Assembly (NCBI GenBank): GCA_030141605.1
Contig: JAQGDQ010001443.1
Location: 1-13,992 of the forward strand
Direction of reading: 5' to 3'
Length of the DNA: 13,992 bases
From: Tubiluchus corallicola
Lineage: Eukaryota > Animalia > Priapulida
Within the stretch, counting starts at the first letter, position 1. Each line of letters begins with the position of its first letter. Made by a program: the position numbers and the translations under genes. The notes under the pieces are model-generated. The model made no database searches. It was not told the origin of the DNA and saw nothing but the letters and a program-made list of their open reading frames with translations. Of the stretch, positions 8,716 through 13,992 are shown one piece after another.

Positions 8716-9751
8716 AACTCCCTCAGTGATCAAGGCAATTGCAAAGTTCATCGCTCTATAGCTGGCCAAACAAATTCAGAAATAAAAGGACGAATCGAGG
8801 TAAAAAAGGTTGCGACTGCTTCCTAGCCAAAAAATGTGACTTTTTCCTGTGAATTTTTTCCTAGGCAAAATTTTGATTTTTTTGTGACTTTATTACTTTT
8901 TGTACCTCTCAGTTCAGATATATTAGTTTGTGACAAACTGCATTCGTTCGGCAGCTCATGCAACGGTTAATTTGAAATTTGAATTTTTATCTTAAAACTT
9001 GCCTAGTTTTACGACTGAACACACTGAAAATCTTTCAGTGGCACTGAACTTCCCCTTTCCCGGTATTTAAACCGATGTTTAGTACCATCTTTTCCGGATT
9101 TTTTTTCTTTGGTCACATTAAATTCTTTAGTGAATAATTGGAGGTACCTTCCATCAACAAGGATCGAATAATCTTGAAATTAAGATGTGTTCAAAGACTA
9201 GAATAGAATGGAAACTCATTTTCGACATGGATACTTTTCAAAATTGTAAAGAATATAGAATATTATTGAACGTGCAGTAAGTAAGATGAGCCATGTGTTT
9301 GAGCACATTTAACTGGTGAAGCCATTCTGCCCGAAATTTCCTTTTTTGCCTTTAAAAGTGTTTCTCGTTTCTCGTTAATGGCTTCAACATTTCGGACATT
9401 TCGTACTTTCAAGTTTGGTATCAAATATCAAAACTTAATTAAATGTGGATTTATAGCATCGTAACTAATTGCTGTTACAAAATGACATTTGGTCAAAAAA
9501 ACCGCACAAACATCCTTATGCATTGATAAATTAACACTTTCACAGTAGCTAAAAATACCAAAAAACACCAAGATTTTCGCAAGTTTTGGCCAAAATTTCT
9601 AAACATGTCAAAGAAATTTTCATAACATGGACAACAGCTTCGTGATCTTTGTTGCATTATTCGCTTTTTTCCATTCGTATAATCATAATATAACTGCATT
9701 GCATTTTGTTTATTTGCTACACTTAAGATCTAACCACATATTATTCACTTA

Positions 9752-11279
9752 ACCATGTAGTCTGCCGTGCTTTATACTATTGCTAAGTTATATAGGGTTG
9801 GTTGACTCGATGACCATGTAGTCTACCGTGCTTTATACTATTCCTAAGTTATATAGGGGTGGCTGATTCGATGACCATGTAGTCTGCCATGCTTTATACT
9901 ATTGCTAAGTTATATAGGGGTGGTTGATTCGATGACCATGTAGTCTACCGTGCTTTATACTATTGCTAAGTTATATAGAGGTGGCTGACTCGATGACCAT
10001 GTAGTCTGCCGTGCTTCATACTATTCCTAAGTTATATAGGGTTGGCTGACTCGATGACCATGTAGTCTGCCGTGCTTTATACTATTGCTAAGTTATATAG
10101 AGGTGGCTGATTCGATGACCATGTAGTCTGCCGTGCTTTATACTATTCCTAAGTTATATAGGGGTGGCTGATTCGATGACCATGTAGTCTGCCGTGCTTT
10201 ATACTATTGCTAAGTTATATAGAGGTGGCTGATTCGATGACCATGTAGTCTGCCGTGCTTTATACTATTCCTAAGTTATATAGGGGTGGCTGATTCGATG
10301 ACCATGTAGTCTGCCGTGCTTTATACTATTGCTAAGTTATATAGGGGTGGTTGACTCGATGACCATGTAGTCTACCGTGCTTTATACTATTCCTAAGTTA
10401 TATAGGGGTGGCTGACTCGATAACCATGTAGTCTGCCGTGCTTTATACTATTCCTAAGTTATATAGGGGTGGCTGATTCGATGACCATGTAGTCTGCCGT
10501 GCTTTATGCTATTCCTAAGTTATATAGGGGTGGCTGACTCGATGACCATGTAGTCTGCCGTGCTTTATACTATTCCTAAGTTATGTAGAGGTGGCTGACT
10601 CGATAACCATGTAGTCTGCCGTGCTTTATACTATTCCTAAGTTATATAGGGGTGGCTGATTCGATGACCATGTAGTCTGCCGTGCTTTATACTATTGCCA
10701 AGTTATATAGGGGTGGTTGACTCGATGACCATGTAGTCTACCGTGCTTTATACTATTCCTAAGTTATATAGGGGTGGCTGACTCGATGACCATGTAGTCT
10801 GCCGTGCTTTATACTATTCCTAAGTTATATAGGGGTGGCTGATTCGATGACCATGTAGTCTGCCGTGCTTTATACTATTCCTAAGTTATATAGGGGTGGC
10901 TGACTCGATGACCATGTAGTCTGCCGTGCTTTATACTATTCCTAAGTTATGTAGAGGTGGCTGACTCGATAACCATGTAGTCTGCCGTGCTTTATAATAT
11001 TCCTAAGTTATATAGGGGTGGTTGACTCGATGACCATGTAGTCTACCGTGCTTTATACTATTCCTAAGTTACATAGGGGTGGCTGACTCGATGACCATGT
11101 AGTCTGCCGTGCTTTATACTATTCCTAAGTTATATAGGGGTGGCTGACTCGATGACCATGTAGTCTGCCGTGCTTTATACTATTCCTAAGTTATATAGGG
11201 GTGGCTGATTCGATGACCATGTAGTCTGCCGTGCTTTATACTATTCCTAAGTTATGTAGGGGTTGCTGACTCGATGACC
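9752..11279. repeat. 61 bp minisatellite, 25 copies with no net indel
   Basis: Unit ACCATGTAGTCTGCCGTGCTTTATACTATTCCTAAGTTATATAGGGGTGGCTGACTCGATG; the register is kept from 9752 to 11277. Confidence 0.98.
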
Positions 11280-11388
11280 TTCTGGTCTTTCGCCACCCCA
11301 TCTCTACACACTTTACATAATTTGTTGTATTTGCGCTATACATATTATATTAGAGATAAATAAACTTTTTGAATTGAATTGAATTGAA
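11259..11388 (+). mobile_element. Probable LINE/SINE 3' terminus (stem-loop, AATAAA, (TTGAA)4 tail)
   Basis: GGGGT(T/G)GC...GCCACCCC stem enclosing a GACC-TTCT-GGTC hairpin, AATAAA at 11359, and TTGAA x4 at 11369-11388, as in CR1/L2-group tails. Confidence 0.55.
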
Positions 11389-11746
11389 GTTCGTCTAAAG
11401 AACTTCGGCAGGCATCCAAAAAGACCAACAAAGAGAAAGAAGCTTTCAAAACAACTTAGAATCCACCATCAATAGATTAATAATTTAGAATTTCAGCCAG
11501 CTAGCCACCACCTAAATTACTGAACATGTCAGCCATGTTTAACTGTCAAATATTCAATCATCTGCCCGTCACAAAAAGCTCAGCAGTAAACAGCAGGTAA
11601 TGAAATTTGAGTGATTTTTTACGGCAACTTTTTCTGCAGAGCATATGGCGTTGATCAAAGGCTGCATCATATGGCTTACTCAGCATCATAGAGTTAAAGT
11701 AATATCACATAAATTAGACGAGGCACACATTGAGACGCTAGCTGAC

Positions 11747-12442
11747 AGGCCACATCTGCCATTCATGGATTTTAAAAACAATGGTAATGAATGAGTCGGT
11801 GAGACTTAAAGGGAAAGTCCACAAAGAAGTGGTCAGACCAGCTCTAATCTATGGGCTGGAAGCAGCTTCTCTAAAGAAGACCGAAGAGAAGAAAATGGGT
11901 GTGGTGGAGATGAGGATGTTGAGATGGATGGTGGGAATAACAAGAAGAGATAAAATTAGAAATAATAATATCAGAAGAACAGTAAAAGTAGTGGAAGCCT
12001 CGCAAGATTGCGATGGTATGGACACCTGAAAAGAAGAGTCGGTGAAGATCATGTGGGAAGGGAAGACATAAATGAAGAGATGGCCAACAACAGGAATGCG
12101 TGGAGAAGACTCATTCACAACGGCGACCCCGCATAGGGAAAAGCTGGGAAAAAGAAGAAGAACAATGGTAATACGTCTCAACATACATTGTCTTTATAGT
12201 TGCTAGCAATGGCAACGCATTTCTTAAACTAAAAAAACAAAGACTTTTGACGAATTTAAATGACAAGTACACTTTAACAGTTTGCTCTGTAAGGCCACAG
12301 CTGTCATTTATGGATTTTAAAAACAATGCTAACACGTCTCAACATACATTGTCTTTATAGTTGCTGGCAATGGCAACGCATTTCTTAAACTAAACTTTAA
12401 GACTTTTGACGAATCTAAATGACAAGGACACTTTAGCAGTTT
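11747..12442. repeat. About 161 bp tandem duplication, first copy interrupted by a LINE
   Basis: AGGCCACA..ATGGATTTTAAAAACAATG..ACGTCTCAACATACATTGTCTTTATAG begins at 11747 (interrupted) and at 12292 (intact). Confidence 0.9.
11789..12160 (+). mobile_element. 5'-truncated RTE-clade LINE with target-site duplication
   Basis: Encodes KGKVHKEVVRPALIYGLE..EMRMLRWMVGITRRDKIRN, frameshifted RLRWYGHLKRR, and terminal WRRLIHNGDPA*. It has a (GAA)n tail and TSD AACAATGGTAAT at 11777-11788 and 12161-12172. Confidence 0.92.
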
Positions 12443-13117
12443 CCTGTGTAATAAGCCAGTAACACTGCATTTGTGTTGTTATATTTTCTACGTGCGAACC
12501 TGTCATATATATCATGTTTAGCAAATGAATTTAAGCAACACTAAGTCCAGAGAGTAAATGGATGCGCGACTGCCAAAAAATCATGCTGGATGATTTAACC
12601 TATCTCAGTGCTTCCAGCATCTACAGCAACTGTCGTTTTACTCTATTTATCTCTTTGAAGAAGGACGCATACGCATATGAACTTGTTGAAACGCCACTGA
12701 TGGTTCAGTGCCTCATCTTAGAAAATGACCTTTGACAATGAGCTAGGTTCCATACGTTAAGTATGCCATCTCGGCAAGTTCCGGATGTCACTTTCCAGAG
12801 CAGACAAACGTTATAAAAAAATAACAATGAGCAAATTGGCTTTAATATTTTCTCATTGCAAAGTCACTGACTGTTATGGGCAAATTACCCAATTACCCAT
12901 ATAATTCGTTTCTTATTTTTCCCGCATGAGGGAGCCAAAAACTAAAGGGGACAAGTTGGCAACTTGTAATTGGTGGATAATGCGATTTTTTATATGAGAA
13001 ATTTAATGTCATAAACCATAAACAGTGTGCTCTCTGTAGCCGAATGAAGTAAGTGATTTTTGTAAATCTAAGTTTGTTAATTAAATAGCAATTTTCTGTG
13101 TAATTTTTTTGTTCAAA

Positions 13118-13630
13118 TTACATTACTGCAAATTTTATCTCCTTCTTTAGAAAATGAAGATTGCAGAAACACCTCATGCAAACTCGTGTTTGCTGTGTTA
13201 ACAATTATGTGTTAACTCTACTGTGCTATGCTCAGTAGAGACATCAGTCATATCTTTAGTCAGACCAATTGTATCCGTAAAGTCCAAAGCTTTTGAGCCC
13301 CAAATTTCTTCAAGTTCACCTTTAAATGCATAAATGATGTTGAAGTTTTTTTTAAAACATTATCATGATTAAACAAGAATTCATAGTTATTATTAAACAA
13401 AATAAAATTATGTAAATTACGTGAGCTAAATTTTTCTGGTGAATTTCGAATGGGTGGATTGTCATATTTGTTACTGAACCGTGGGTGTCATCAGTGATGA
13501 AGTAGATACGTGGGTTCGAGTTACATTATTGCAAATTTTATGTATTCTTTTGTTTTTTTTCTACTTCTTTAGAAAATAAAGACTGCAGAAACAGCTTATG
13601 AAAAGAACTGCCGTGTTTGCTGTGTTAACA
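13118..13630. repeat. Diverged direct repeat pair (13118-13203 and 13521-13630)
   Basis: Shared blocks TTACATTA.TGCAAATTTTAT, CTTCTTTAGAAAAT.AAGA.TGCAGAAACA and CGTGTTTGCTGTGTTAACA. Confidence 0.8.
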
Positions 13631-13992
13631 CTGACGTTGAAAACAGTGATGACAACAGTTCAGAGTGTCGACACTGACGTTGAAAACAGTGAAGACAACT
13701 TCAGAGTGTCGACACTGACGTTGAAAACAGTGAAGACAACAGTTCAGAGTGTCGACACTGACGTTGAAAACAGTGAAGACAACAGTTCAGAGTGTCGACA
13801 CTGACGTTGAAAACAGTGAAGACTACACCTCAGAGTGTCGACACTGACGTTGAAAACAGTGAAGACAACACTTCAGAGTGTCGACACTGACGTTGAAAAC
13901 AGTGAAGACTACACCTCAGAGTGTCGACACTGACGTTGAAAACAGTGAAGACAACAGTTCAGAGTGTCGACACTGACGTTGAAAACAGTGAA
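13628..13992. repeat. 40-43 bp minisatellite, at least 8 copies, runs off the window
   Basis: Unit ACACTGACGTTGAAAACAGTGAAGACAACAGTTCAGAGTGTCG; the 12 bp palindrome AGTGTCGACACT spans each junction. Confidence 0.97.

Noticed and set aside
9752-11279. CRISPR array (also considered for 13628-13992)
   Set aside because: Head-to-tail repeats without unique spacers, no cas genes, and a eukaryotic context.
11259-11299. Hammerhead ribozyme
   Set aside because: CTGA is not followed by NGA, and GAAA lies on the opposite strand, so the catalytic core cannot form.
13598-13804. 68 aa ORF with a signal-peptide-like start
   Set aside because: It runs straight into a minisatellite whose 40-43 bp units shift frame.

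Overview
AT-rich, repeat-dense eukaryotic (most likely invertebrate animal) genomic DNA. The minus strand carries four internal exons (7874-7752, 5929-5764, 3765-3487, 2694-2432) that splice in frame into 277 codons of an inter-alpha-trypsin inhibitor heavy chain (ITIH)-like protein, covering the vWA domain with an intact MIDAS motif; the start and end of the gene were not found in the window. The introns and flanks hold a full-length U1 snRNA gene in the same orientation as the host gene, with a U6-like TATA box; a 5 x 126 bp tandem array that amplifies both the real splice acceptor and a 5S rRNA internal promoter; a 42 bp minisatellite carrying seven AG|GTAAGT donor motifs; two foldback hairpins; two MITEs; three LINE 3' fragments; and several other minisatellites. 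Most ORFs in the supplied track are repeat artefacts. No prokaryotic or CRISPR system is supported. The most unusual signal is the cluster of splicing-related elements between 5.1 and 7.8 kb, whose functional relevance is speculative.
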